A stretch of 63,819 nucleotides of DNA, counting the filler, from Octopus bimaculoides (Eukaryota): assembly GCF_001194135.2 (NCBI RefSeq). It is 5 parts of 4 records of this genome, joined end to end, with 100 filler letters (N's around TTAATTAATTAA, not from the genome) between each part and the next. Parts side by side here need not be neighbours in the genome. Positions count along the whole stretch, not along the records: positions 22,642 to 30,873 come from NC_068996.1; positions 30,974 to 59,544 come from NC_068989.1; 3 more parts are not named here. The stretch is one strand, 5' to 3'. The notes under the pieces are model-generated. The model was not told where the DNA came from. It searched no databases and saw only the letters and a program-made list of their open reading frames with translations. The translations under genes and the position numbers were made by a program. This document shows, piece by piece, positions 26,632-40,009 of this stretch. Positions within the stretch are counted from its first letter, which is position 1; the number at the start of each line of letters is the position of its first letter.

Positions 26632-26875
26632 ATTCTCTTCTGTTGGTGGTTTTACCCGAAGGAGATATTTGCATCAAATGTAAATAATGTAAATAATTCC
26701 TCATCTCTTAAATATAGAACTGTAGGGAGGCTTTAATATAGATCATTTTGAAATAGTGAGTTTGCATCATAGAGCCAGAGGTGATCTTAGGCAAATTGGT
26801 ATCAAGAGGATTAATGAATTTTTTAAATAACATATTTGGAGGGATTTATTCATATAAACTTATCTATTATAAAGT

Positions 26876-27146
26876 TGTCAAAAATCCTTTTGTGTTTTCC
26901 AACATCATATCTTGTCGAAACTGGATTTAGTACTGTCAATCACATTTTGCAGAAGGAAAGAAACATATTTGACATTATTTTACATGGAGATATTCATACC
27001 TGTTTGAGTAGAATTAAGCCTAACACTGAATTTCCTGCTGAACATCACCAATCTCAAGGTTCACACTAGTTAGTCCTTTTCTACATTTAAATTTAGAATA
27101 AAGTTTTATCTCAATTTGATTTTCTTTTGCATTTACATGTACAAAT
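26876..27146 (+). repeat. Direct duplicate of the hAT transposase 3' end (29466-29737)
   Basis: About 270 bp of high identity with 29466-29737; encodes LLCFPTSYLVETGFS (hAT C-terminal dimerisation motif). Confidence 0.85.
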
Positions 27147-27943
27147 AAAACGTTCTCACACAAAATTATATTGGAATGTTTTTATTAAAATATAAATATG
27201 TTTAACACCTTACCAACCAAGCCCATTTCCACCATATTTTCTTTTGCACTAGTGGTCTAATTTTGTTATATATTAAGTGTTTTTTAATTGTTTAAAACCA
27301 TACATACATTTTAGTTCACTGTATAAACTGCCACATTGATTTAGAACATGGGTATCATTGGTGATTCCCATGATACAGAACAAATATATTCATTTTGTAC
27401 AGTGGGAGTACCACTGATACACGTCATAAAGTATTAAAATATCCATTATACCTCCATTTATGGATATTTTTTCCCCTTTATTTATGATTTTTTTCAACAG
27501 TTTATTTTATGGTTTCTTTTTCTTAAAAATTACTTTATGAAGGGCATCACTTACATCAGCGAAAATCAAATTTTGAGGGTTAATGAATGCAATCTTTGAT
27601 TGGCGACTGTATAAAAGGCAATCATGCATCCAGTGCATCATAACAAGGACTCTTTTCGATAACTGCAGTCAAGCCATAAAACCAACTCTTTCTTAATTCA
27701 AATACAGTAACTATGCACCTCAGTAAACGCATTTTCTTTCAGGATTTAGTTCACCGATTTATAATGGTCCATTCATCACTGAATTTCTTACCCTTGTTAC
27801 TAAGGCACTGGCCACTGGGCTGTGTGATTCATTGAATATACGGCGCTCTCCTGAATTTGACGTTCTCTCTCTAAACCGTCAAATTGCATATATAATAGTC
27901 AGTTTAGTGTTTACTAATTTGCATTTGTTCTCACCCACTTTCT

Positions 27944-29872
27944 ATGGCAGGCTTGGGGAAAAATAAGTGTTGATAGTATATCAATGAGTACTTACAATAC
28001 AGTTTTATCAAAAACTCTACAGACCCAAAGCAGTCCTTTTGTCTCATGTGTCATCAATCTTTATCCAATGAAGCCATGAAGCCCTCTCGACTCTCTGACC
28101 ACATGAGAAGAAAACACCCCGTAAAAGTCAGTAAGCCTATCAAATATTTTGAAAAACTAATTTTGAAAACCGAAATACTGTTAACTCATTTAAGAAATAA
28201 ACAAAAATTAATGATGGTGAACTGATTGCTTCCTACAGAATCATTGCAAAAACAGGTAGTGCACATACAGTGGCTGAAAAGATTATTGAGCCTGCAGAGC
28301 CTTCATCTCTCATTAAAGCTCTACCTTTGAGTAATGATTCTATCTGTAAGAGAATTGATGAAATGTCAGGTCATATCGAAGTCGTACTAATTCAAAGATT
28401 GAAAACAACGAATTTTTCTATTCAAATTGATGAAAGCACAGTTATTGACAACAAGGCCCTTTTAATGGGATATGTATGATACTTTGATAGAAACAGTGTA
28501 TGACAAGAAGATTTATTATTTGTAAAACTGTTGGAGACTGATGCAACGGGTGCTTCTATATTTTCTGCTGTGAAAACATTTTTTAAAGAAAAAGAAATTC
28601 CATACTATGAAAATTTAGTTTCAGGTGCTACAGATGGTGCAATGTCTACCGTTGGGAAACACAAAGGATTTATCTCCGTAAATTCTAGTTTGTGCCCCCA
28701 AATTCTAGTTTGTGTGCTACACAGGCATAACCTCATAGTCAAAAATATAAACCCTATTCTAAATCAGTCATTGAACACTGTTATAAAAACAATAAACAAA
28801 TGAAATCTAACAGTAATGTGACCGTCTTTTCCGAAAATTTTGTGTCAATGCTGATGAACAATATATGACTTACTTTGCATTCCAATGTCCATTGGCTATC
28901 CAAAGGCAACTAATTGGAAAGATTTGTAAACTTATTTAATACAATAGTTGTGTTCTTACAAATAGAAGGACACTTAGACTTAGCCGTTGAAATTCAAGCT
29001 CAAAAGAACATACACTATCTTAGTTGGATTTTCTGTAAGCTGAACAAGGTCTCTCTTCTGCTGCAATGAAAAAATGATAACGCTGATAGACAGTAAACAG
29101 GTGATGAGAGCTTATTGAAAAACTCAATCTTATTCCAGTTAATTCAAAACTAAGGTAGTTTCATATGCCCGAACTAGCAGAAATCAAATTATGTGAAAAT
29201 GACACTAGTATTTATTGCGACCATCTGTCTGCCTTGAAAAATGATTTAGAAACCAGATTTGCCGATTTATTTAACTTCACTATTCAGCCATGGATGATTG
29301 ACCCATTCAATTGTGATCCTCACAGTGCACATGAAAATATCCAGGAGGCAGTCATCAAGATGAAATGTAATGATGAATTTCAAGTTAAGTTCAAAAAAGA
29401 AAGGCTGACTGAATTTTGGTAATCAGACGCTCTAAAATCACTATATCCAAATTTGTGGTCACAGATGTCAAAAATCCTTTTGTGTTTTCCAACATCATAT
29501 CTTGTCGAAACTGGATTTCGAAAAAGACGGTCACATTTTGCAGAAGGAAAGAAACAGATTTGACATTATTTCACGTGGAGATATTCATACTTGTTTGAGT
29601 AGCATTAAGCCTGACATTGAATTTTTTGCTGAACATCACCAATCTCAAGGTTCACACTAATTAGTCCTTTTCTACATTTAAATTTAGAATAAAGTTTTAT
29701 CTCAATTTGATTTTCTTTTGCATTTACATGTACAAATTTTTTTTAGTGTTGATTAGTCATAATTACATTATATTTAATATTTGTTATCATCTTTTGGTGG
29801 GCGATTATCAATTAGCTTACATCAAAAATAGATTTTAGAGGGCAATGGCTGGGAAAAGGTTGAGAATCACTG
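27944..29872 (+). mobile_element. Degenerate hAT (Buster/Charlie, ZBED8/SCAND3-like) DNA transposon
   Basis: BED finger FCLMCHQSLSNEAMKPSRLSDHMRRKHP; LPLSNDSICKRIDEMS; FSIQIDEST; ATDGA; 3' TIR GGTTGAGAATCACTG at 29858-29872. Many stops and frameshifts; no 5' TIR found. Confidence 0.88.
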
Positions 29873-30873
29873 ACTTACGTGATGGAGATGACAGTGACAT
29901 GCACTCTTCTTAGCAAGTCCTATCTCAGCTTCCATAGATTCACACTAAAAACCATCCAAGAAATACAAATGAATGTGTTCTTTTCATTGCCTAAAATTTG
30001 AATAATACAGTTTGAACCACAGTAATGTGTAACTTCATACACTACATCAACACTGGGAGTCACTGGTGCCTCTCATGATATATTAAAAATATTGCACGGA
30101 GAGTCAATGGTGACTCTGTCATAAATCAAGAGGCAGTTTCAGGCAAGTCTCAAAAGGATTAATGATAATTACCATACTATTTAATACAATAAGTTCTAAC
30201 TGCTTATGTATGAGTATATATAGGTATTAATTTCATTTGATCTAATAATTATATTTTATTAAAATAGAACAATTTGTCACATAGAGTAAATAGATACAAA
30301 ATCTTGGTTTCGATTACAATTTAGTACTTAATTAGGATATAATAATAAAAATATATTTTTCACATGGGTCCAAGTCCACAATTTTGTAGTCAGAAATGTA
30401 GGTTTATTTTTAAAAAATTGACAGCTATATATGACTGCCACTAGTTTGATGTTCCTGGAATATTAAGAAACAAAGTTGATCTCAAAAATATCTGTGCTCA
30501 AAACATACATGTCCAAAGCAATATACCAAAGGCATTCAATCAGTCATTTTATTGATCCTGCAACTCCACTAGTCTTCATAAGTGATATTAACAATTTCAA
30601 ATTTTGGCACAGAGGAGAGATATATTTCAGGTAAGCTCTGAAGGACTTGAGATAGTTGATAGGATTTAAATCTAGAACAATAAGGAATATAATAAAAAAT
30701 GTATGTCCAATGCTGTATTAATTTTTGTCTTGCATCATAAATTCTATTAGCGTGTGTGTGTATAGAACATTTGTATTTTATAACACAATATGAAGTGTTA
30801 AGCAGGAGATAACATACAAAACTTATATATTGTATAGATAAACAAGTGCATATATATATATATATATATATAA

Positions 30874-30973
30874 NNNNNNNNNNNNNNNNNNNNNNNNNNN
30901 NNNNNNNNNNNNNNNNNTTAATTAATTAANNNNNNNNNNNNNNNNNNNNNNNNNNNNNNNNNNNNNNNNNNNN
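30874..30973. other. Artificial 100-bp contig spacer
   Basis: TTAATTAATTAA at 30918-30929 within Ns. Confidence 0.9.
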
Positions 30974-31033
<60 letters not shown>

Positions 31034-33511
31034 GTGTGTGTGTGTGTGTGAGTAGAGTGTGTGAGTTTGTGTGTGTGACCGCATGTGAGCATGCGTGTCA
31101 GCATTTGACAGTTATTTGAGGTTTCACGAAGCAAAGCTTCTCATATTGTTTCGATTTGAAATCCCAGACTTAGACTGAGCTTCGAAATTACAATGTCTCT
31201 GTTTGAAGAATAAATGATTAACTCTTATTTTCACATCTAGATCTCTTTATTCATATTATTTTGGTTTATATATGTGTATGTGTGTGTGCGCGCGCGCGCC
31301 CGAAACTATGCGTATATCTGCTAATACATATATAAAAACTGTGAATGTGTGCACATATACGCGTGTGTGCACGCGTATATGTCTATATGCGTGTGAATTC
31401 GAATACACACACACACATATGCACACATACACATACATTCACCTGTTCATATAATCATCGGTCGTCATAGTGACGCGGATAAAGTTGTATATTGGCTGAT
31501 AAAACTCAGCTATAACACTGGAAATATATTAACTCATATAATTATATAGAACTCTAATCTTTACCATAAAACCTCTTTTAATAGTTCAGTCGTGTCCTGT
31601 GTTTTGAGAACCATAGATAACTGCGGTTTATTAACCCTATCACTGACGATGTGCAGTGAGTATGTCTAATACGTTTAACTCTCGACTGTCCCAGTCCACT
31701 AAGATGTAATTAGCTACAACCGAGTTGTATGGCTCGCTTTTGTGAGCAGCAACAATACCGTTAAACCGATAAATGGCTCTGTTAGTTGCTTTAACGAATC
31801 CATCGTCTTTCTATGAGTGCAGCTTAACTATGTATCGAGTCCCGCTATCGTTCTTCTCCCCTTCCCTCTCTCCACGCCTTTCCCTCTATTTATATGTGTG
31901 ACATTCTAGTCTTGTTTGCATGTATGTATGTGCATTGTCTCCCCACATTTTCTCTCTCTCTCTCTATATATATATATATTTCTACGAGCATGCACGCGCG
32001 TACGCGAGTGTTTGCTTGCAGTGCTAAAAGGTACTGTCGTCCAAAACATGCAGAACGTCCAGTCAGCCGCACCAAGTCGCCAGCGCCGAAACAGCCGCGC
32101 CCATTCGACTCATTCCGGGTTGATTCGAAGTTAAATGACAATACAAACGCTACATTCGCCCTTACTGATGCCACCACCAAATTCTTGCTGCATTCTATTC
32201 TACCAACACCAGGAGCATGACAATTATAATCATCATCATCACTCTTTCCACAATCACTTCATCACTACCACCACCACCACCACCACCACCACCACCACCA
32301 CTAGTACCAACTCTATCAATCCCAAAACCACAACTAACACGTCCCCGACCACCACATCACCCAGCATAATCACAATCACCTTCACCGCCGCTGCCACCAC
32401 CGCCACCACCAACAACTGGGAGGGAGTCTGAAAAGTTGTTGACTTTAAGAATAACGCGAANNNNNNNNNNNNNNNNNNNNNNNNNNNNNNNNNNNNNNNN
32501 NNNNNNNNNNNNNNNNNNNNNNNNNNNNNNNNNNNNNNNNNNNNNNNNNNNNNNNNNNNNNNNNNNNNNNNNNNNNNNNNNNNNNNNNNNNNNNNNNNNN
32601 NNNNNNNNNNNNNNNNNNNNNNNNNNNNNNNNNNNNNNNNNNNNNNNNNNNNNNNNNNNNNNNNNNNNNNNNNNNNNNNNNNNNNNNNNNNNNNNNNNNN
32701 NNNNNNNNNNNNNNNNNNNNNNNNNNNNNNNNNNNNNNNNNNNNNNNNNNNNNNNNNNNNNNNNNNNNNNNNNNNNNNNNNNNNNNNNNGGGGGGGGTGT
32801 TAGTATGTAAAGGGCCCATCCCCTCAAGTTTGAGAATTTTTTATTCACTCCTGGAAGTATGCATTAATTATTTCAGCCCGGCTGTGTTTGTAGACAGTTG
32901 AAAAGAAGAATACTTTTAACAAAAACAAAAAAGAAAAAAGAAAATTACATGATAGCATTGTAGTTGCAGGTGGGCCCCCTTAGTCTCATGGCAACCAATA
33001 TTTTTAGCCCCAGTACGCCACTCTTTATAACCATAGAATATCCTCATTTAACCATATGATAAGTATTTTCTTCAAACAGTATTCAGGTCGTCTTTATTAT
33101 TATTATTATATTTTCCTCAACTCCTAATCTCATTATCCACAATACAATGTTAGGTTGAGTTTATTCAGAGCATGCTACCAATACATTTCTATAGCTTCTC
33201 AGTTTATATGAAATGTTATGCACTATTGATTCACACAATACATTTTAGAAATATTTTATTTGATAAAACACTTTCAAATGTACATTATTGTGATAGTTCA
33301 GAACAAAACCTAATTTTCAACAGACGTTCGTTACGCCTCTGGCTATATAAAAGACGTGCTAGTTGAGGTTTATAACACGAAATACCGTATTTTTCGGTAC
33401 AAAAAGCACACTTTTCTTCCAAATAGTTTCCCGCAAAAGTCACCCTGCGCCTTACCTGCTGAAAGTCAGGTTTTGGCTTAGATTTGGTTGGTGTTTTAAC
33501 GATGAACAATA

Positions 33512-33543
<32 letters not shown>

Positions 33544-33847
33544 NNNNNNNNNNNNNNNNNNNNNNNNNNNNNNNNNNNNNNNNNNNNNNNNNNNNNNNNN
33601 NNNNNNNNNNNNNNNNNNNNNNNNNNNNNNNNNNNNNNNNNNNNNNNNNNNNNNNNNNNNNNNNNNNNNNNNNNNNGTGTTAAAACGGGGGTAGCTGATG
33701 AAGAAGAATGTTCTCTATGTGGCTTGTGTGTTTTCTCGTCTACGTTTTGTTTGCAATGTCCTGTACCCAGATATGCACCTATACATACAAGTAGATGTCG
33801 GTATGCACATACCTGTACGTATATATGCATATACTCATTTACTATTT

Positions 33848-33888
<41 letters not shown>

Positions 33889-35905
33889 CACAGAGAGGTG
33901 GAGAGAAACACAGTCTCGAATGGTACATCTTTGAACATTGGTCTGCTCAAACAGGATTGATCTGACGCTAAGACCAACATCATCACCACCACGAGCAACA
34001 ATAACGCAAGCAGTCGACTATGCAGGAGAGATGGTGGATGGGAACGACGTAAATAACACTCTCTCGAAGTCGGATCAGCCATTAATCAAAATAATTCTAT
34101 TTGCAGGGTACCAAGGGAATAGAAATCACTGAGTGATTTTACATAGAGCAAATATAAAATTATAATAGTTTTAAAAGTTAATTTTAAAAAGTATTGAAAA
34201 TTAACTTTTTTTGTGTGTGCTGCTCTTGTTATCTCTCTCTATAAAAGGCCAAGTCACGTGCTATTTTTTTGTCTGCTAACGAGACTGTATGAAAGCAGCA
34301 GACGATCAAGCGGTAGAGAGTGGGCGAGTGACAGAAGGAGAATTAAAAAGCGAGTGAATTTGTATTAAGAAATATTACGCTGCTCGGAGAGGCAGACTAA
34401 CAAATGAAAAAGAAACAGAGTGGAACTCGACAAAGGATCGCATTTCGAAACAATTAACCGGGTGTAAAAGACTGTAGAGTCACGTAGGTGTAGTGTAGAG
34501 TCCAGTAAACTAATCGACCGGGCGCTTTTCTTGAAATTACAGGTTATGAAAATCAGAGAAAACTCGAAGAAGTCAGCGCTTTTAGGATATATAATGGGAT
34601 TAAGGGATTATCACAGTGAATATTTTTATACAAAATTTGCGTAATTTAAAACATATTCAAATAAATTACGTTCCGTCATGTGTGAGCATTTAAAAAAAGG
34701 GAGGTCATTTACAATGGGTGTCTTTCGACTAAGGACGAATTAAATTAAGCTGGCGTGTGTGGAAGTAAAGCCTTACGGCAGGGACATAAGATTTGACAGG
34801 CACAGGGTGAAATGCAGATATTGCGCGAATAGTAGTCGAACCGAGAAAGAAAGGTCAGGCTTGGCCGAACACCGGTCACGTGGGGGGAGAGAAGAGAGAG
34901 AAGTAGGGGCAGAGGAATAGAAGAATTAAGGAAGGGCGAGAAAAAATGAAAGAGACAGAGTGAAGTAAAAGAGGAGGGAAGGTGAGCATGAAGAGAAAGC
35001 CAGGAAATGTGAGAGAGGGGGAACGAAAGAACGAAGAGTGGAATGAATGAAGTAAGTGTGAAGGGGCTGATATGTAAGTATATATATATATATACATGCA
35101 TAATACATACGTATACGTACATACATACATACTACCNNNNNNNNNNNNNNNNNNNNNNNNNNNNNNNNNNNNNNNNNNNNNNNNNNNNNNNNNNNNNNNN
35201 NNNNNNNNNNNNNNNNNNNNNNNNNNNNNNNNNNNNNNNNNNNNNNNNNNNNNNNNNNNNNNNNNNNNNNNNNNNNNNNNNTGTGACGTACTTAAGATTT
35301 CATGATGGCCACAGTCCAGCTCTGCCCTCGGCAGAATTGTATTAAAATCAAACAATGAGACTACCCCTACCTTACCTTAACTAATCACAAACCAACTCCT
35401 CTCTTAAAATTTCAGTTCCATTTCGCTTGATTAAGGAATTAGATTGCATTTTTGTGTTTGTTTGAATATTTGTTGTTGTTATTTTTTTTTTTTCAAGTTG
35501 TTCAAGCAAAAACTCATTATGTAGATGGGTTGTCGGCGTGCAGGGCGTGGATGGTGGGGAAGGGTGAATGCTGTTGTTGTTGTTTTAATTAAATCTACGC
35601 CTGCGCGTCATTGTTTAAGACACGTAGTTGTAATTATAAGCATAGTTATTGTTTATACCATTAACGTAAGCCTGTCTATATTATCTGTACGCGCGCGCGT
35701 GTGCGTGCGTGCGTGTGTGTGTGCGTGCGTGCGTGTGAACGTGCGTGTACTTACAGATGTATGTTTGTGTGTGTACGCGCGTATGTGTGTGTGTGTGTGT
35801 ACACATATATACATACATATACACACGCACAATAAACACATATATATATACATTCTGAAAAATATAGACACATACATATACATATTCATACACACACACA
35901 CAAAC

Positions 35906-35957
<52 letters not shown>

Positions 35958-35970
35958 CCATATATACATG

Positions 35971-36064
<94 letters not shown>

Positions 36065-36899
36065 CATGGACATATACCCAATATCGGCAATGGGATAATA
36101 ACGTATACAACCATATTTGCGTGTCTACATATATCTGCATAGATTCACAGCATCCAGTATGTGAATCTTGCGTGTGTGCCTGTGTGTGTGTGTATGCACA
36201 CACATACACACACCCAAACACATTTCTACATCACATCTCTACATACGTACACAGTACCACATGAGCTACATACGCAAAGACTATATCGCTACATTTCCAA
36301 TATCTTTCATTGAAGTCTTAATCCCAAGATGCAGACAGGAAGCTATTATAACTTCTTTTGAACTACAATGAATCTAGTTAAATTTCCACTGTTGCTATGG
36401 ACACCAGTATCGTCTAGAAGGGGTAACATGCACCGCAGTGTAGGAAAATATATTCCCAGCGTGCCAAAACTATGACCCGGTTTCGATAACTGCTCTAGGC
36501 TTGTGTGTTGTTGAGTCGTGATAATAGCTGCTGGGTTGAGCTCCCTATTCCACCCCCTGGCAAGATGTAATCAAGTAGGTCGAGATTTTAATCTTATTTT
36601 TTCTTCACCACCCCCTTTTTAAAAATTATTATCAGTAGTCATTGGACTGCGGCTATGCTGGGGCACCAACTTGAAGGATTTTAGTGAAATAAATCGGCCT
36701 TAAAAAAAAAAAATCGAATTTTTTTCCCTAAAATTAGGTATTTATTCTGTTGGTTTATTTTGCCGAACTGTTTTTGTCTGCTAGAAATTGCAGCCAAAGA
36801 CCGCCTTTAAAGGATGCATTAGAGAAAGAACGCTTTTGTTTAGGGATGAAATGAGTTACACATCAAAAGCAATCTCTCTACCAGAAATAAAGAGGCAAA

Positions 36900-37860
36900 T
36901 CCGCGTAGAGGCTTATGCTTTGATTCAAACGAGGATTTTCGCTGCTATTTCTCGCTGTTCAAAGAACCGTGTAGATGCTTCTGCTTTGGTTGGTGTACCA
37001 CTAAAGAATTTATCTTCCCGTATCATATTTAGAGCAAGTCAGCTTAGTGCCTGACATCCATCTTTCACCAAGTTGAACTCTAAACAGCCAGACTTACTCT
37101 ATTTCTTATCATTTAGGAGATTCGGGTCAGAGACTCTTAACCTCTTGTACCTCGATGTCTCCTTTCATCGAATGGCGTTTAAAAAACACACACAAAATCA
37201 GATTATTTTAATCAGACACTCATTTAGGCGAAGGCGTGACTGCGTGGTAAATACTTTGCTTACCAACCACATGGTTCCGGTTTCAGTCCCACTGCGTGGT
37301 ACCATGGGAAAGCGTTTTATACTATAGCTTCCTTTCAAATCTTACGTTTTGTTACCCAGCATCTCAAAGTTTAATGGAGATTCATTCATATTTCCAATAT
37401 GAGACGATGGAAACCGATACCGTTTTCTCAGTTGGATAACGAACTGGTGAAAACTGGTTTCTTTGTGATCGAAATTTCCCTGAAGTTTTGGGGCGATTTT
37501 TGTTTTCTCCTTTATTACCAGATTTTTTCTGCTCACAAAACGATTGCACAAGCCCACTGTTGCTTTAAAATCTTTACTTTCTTCTTTATATATTCTAGCC
37601 CATTTTAGAGCATTAGATCTTATTCTAATTCGTGTTACAATGTAGCCATCTTGTCTCTGCTATTATGCAAAAGTGTCGTAAGTCCAAAACGTTGCTTTTT
37701 CAGAAAACGAAAAAATAGTTTCACCATTCCATAGCAAAACCGCAGTATTACATTTTGACAATTTTTTTTTGATACCTTAGCATCTGAAGCAGCTGGAGAT
37801 ACGACAGTCTGACCAAGAGAACCAGCTATTGGAAGCAAAAATGAATATTGAAAAAAACGC
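36900..37860 (-). pseudogene. Degenerate pogo/Tigger-like transposase remnant interrupted by a SINE A head (about 37228-37330)
   Basis: RFVSRKNLVIKEKTKIAPKL...FHQFVIQLRKRYRFPSSHIGNMNESPLNFEMLGNKT resembles the pogo RFM.R..L..R.KT.IAQKL / IGNMDETPL.FDMP motifs. Boundaries approximate. Confidence 0.65.
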
Positions 37861-37905
37861 ACTTGGGTCAAATTTGGACATACGACAGTTTAACATAATA
37901 GCAAC

Positions 37906-37958
<53 letters not shown>

Positions 37959-38174
37959 GAAGTCTATGAGGATTACTTAATAAAGGTTTTGAAGTGTTAA
38001 GGTGATTTTTCGAAAAGAGTTTTTAAAAAATGCTACTAAACTTTTTGAGAAGTTTTTTTCTAGTGTGTGAGCGCTTTCGTTAAACCTTTTCAAACACACG
38101 AGTTCGGATGGATGAATGTGTATTTATGTTTTGACAGAATTTGATTGCAGAATGTGAAGACGGATGTAATACCT

Positions 38175-38636
38175 ATTTCGTTATTGCCCACAAGGGGCTA
38201 AACATAGAGGGAACAAACAAGAACAGACGAACGGATTAAGTCGATTACATCGACCCCAGTGCGTAACTGGTACTTAATTTATCGACTCCGAAAGGATGAA
38301 AGGCAAAGTCGACCTCGGCGGAATTTGAACTCAGAACGTAACGGCAGACGAAATACCGCTAAGCATTTCGCCCGGCGTGCTAACGTTTCTGCCAGCTCGC
38401 CGCCTTAACGATTCTTTTTTACTCTAGGAACAAGGCCCGAAATTTTGGGGGCGGCCGCCGGTCGATTAGATCGACTCCAGTATGCAACTGGTACTCAAAT
38501 TATCGACTCCGAAAGGATGAAAGGCAAAGTCAACCTCGGCGGAATTTGAACTCAGAACGTAAAGACAGACGATGCATAGCGATATCGCTATGCACTTCGC
38601 CCGGCGTGCTAACGATTTCAGCAGCTCACCGCCTTC
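38175..38636 (-). mobile_element. Two tandem SINE family B copies with different 3' tails
   Basis: Heads GGCGGCGAGCTGGCAG end at about 38406 and 38636; shared core GTCGACTTTGCCTTTCATCCTTTCGGAGTCGATAA. Confidence 0.85.
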
Positions 38637-39150
38637 GGCGAGGGCTTTAATATTGGAATAGTATTTAGATTTATTATCGCAAGTGCACGTAAACGAACAA
38701 TAAGAAAAAAAAATACAGAGCAAAGAACAACATTACAATTTAAATTTAAAATAAAATACTATTAACTTTATTACCGGTGTTAAAGAACCTAACACTGATA
38801 TCAATATTTGTTACCTTCAAGAAAAAAAGAAAACGCATTATGTAGAAATAATTTAAGATATTCAACAAGCCATTACATTCCCGGAGCATTATTCAATAAT
38901 TGAAAAATAACTAATGGCTACATTGTACTCGATGAAATTTAAAGATATCGAGCTCCGTATTTCACAGAGTATCAAGTCGCCTCTTTTATAAATTTGCAAG
39001 ATATTCGGTTATTTAGATAACAGTTATACATATTATATTAAACCCTTTCTCAACCAGGTATGAGGGGAGAACATGCTAACAACAGCAATTTTGCTTCTTT
39101 CCCAAAGACAGGGATATTTTGCTGCTTAAATCACGATTCTTAATTTTTGA

Positions 39151-39273
39151 TACAGTTCTTTATTTAAGAGATGAGGGACTGTGTACATTATTTACGTTAT
39201 TTACATTATTTACATTTGACGGAAACAAGATGAGGACAAATATCCGTCAAATGTAAATAATGTAAATAATGTG
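39151..39273. mobile_element. 123-bp Penelope fold-back mini-insertion
   Basis: Same termini as 26011-26724; inverted ACATTATTTACATTTGACGGA / TCCGTCAAATGTAAATAATGT; 12-bp TSD CTTAATTTTTGA (39139-39150 / 39274-39285). Confidence 0.85.
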
Positions 39274-40009
39274 CTTAATTTTTGACTTGTTAATTTGCGG
39301 ATACAAAAAGTAGAAGTAGAAAAAGAAACTCCAGTATTAGAAGACAGGGAATGGGAAATAGTCGGGAAAAGAAAAGAAAGAAAAAGTAAGAAAGTACTTG
39401 TGAACCCCAACCCACCCTGTGCCCACCAGCTCCCTTTTCCCCACACCCTCCCCATGCAGACACCAAACCTACCCATTCCCCTCCTGCAACAAAACAGAAA
39501 AGAAATGCAAGCACACATGATGTAGATATGGTTCCTCCTCCCCTTGTTTGTTTTGCTTGCGTTCTGTATGCGGAAGCGGAGGATGACATTGTAAACCGGG
39601 TGAGCGAGTGGAAGGATGCGGTTGAAGGGGAATTCTGGGGTGAAGAGGGTGAGACTATGATATGCCAATTGTTAAATAAGGCACAAATGGAAATAGTTAA
39701 AAAGAATCATAAAGGTATTGAGTTGTGGAAGGTGATCGGCGATAGAGAGAAATTGCCAAAACAGACTTGTTGTACCGAACTAAAAAAAGACTATGGTATT
39801 GAACTGGTGGATTTTAGATGTATATACTTGAGCGGTAAAACGGTTTCAATGTAACCACTCGACTTCGGGGGTCGAGTGGGCATTCCGCCACATCATATCA
39901 TCTTTTTCATGATTCATTCGTTTCTTTTAATTTTGCGTCTTTCTTTATGCCCCCCCCCCGTTTTATACTTTTAGTTCCCCGATATTGTGTTTGTACCGTC
40001 TATGTTGGC

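Larger units (their letters stand above)
26011..26724 (-). mobile_element. 5'-truncated Penelope-like retroelement with inverted pseudo-LTR
   Basis: GIY-YIG ORF, 3' hammerhead, inverted CAAATGTAAATAATGT termini, 12-bp TSD GGGAGGCTTTAA (25999-26010 / 26725-26736). Confidence 0.9.

Noticed and set aside
30467-30636. Open frame ending at a consensus donor CAG|GTAAGC (KTYMSK...FWHRGEIYFR)
   Set aside because: No convincing in-frame acceptor, no recognisable homology, and it lies near the contig end.
33385-33480. TA+CCGTATTTTTCGG pogo/Tc2-like terminus
   Set aside because: Partner TIR not visible because of the adjacent gap; cannot be delimited.
33690-33880. CTGATGA-containing repeat shared with 62495-62688
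   Set aside because: Has the first hammerhead box but no matching GAAA or stem I; recorded only as an unclassified dispersed repeat.
34235-34260. TATAAAAG followed by CACGTG as a promoter
   Set aside because: Such motifs are common by chance in AT-rich DNA and no linked exon was identified.
39295-39880. Two short ORFs (WEIVGKRKERKSKK...; MVPPPLVC...) and a 9-bp-stem hairpin at 39855-39879
   Set aside because: Possibly a LINE ORF1 remnant, but no diagnostic motif was recognised; left unassigned.
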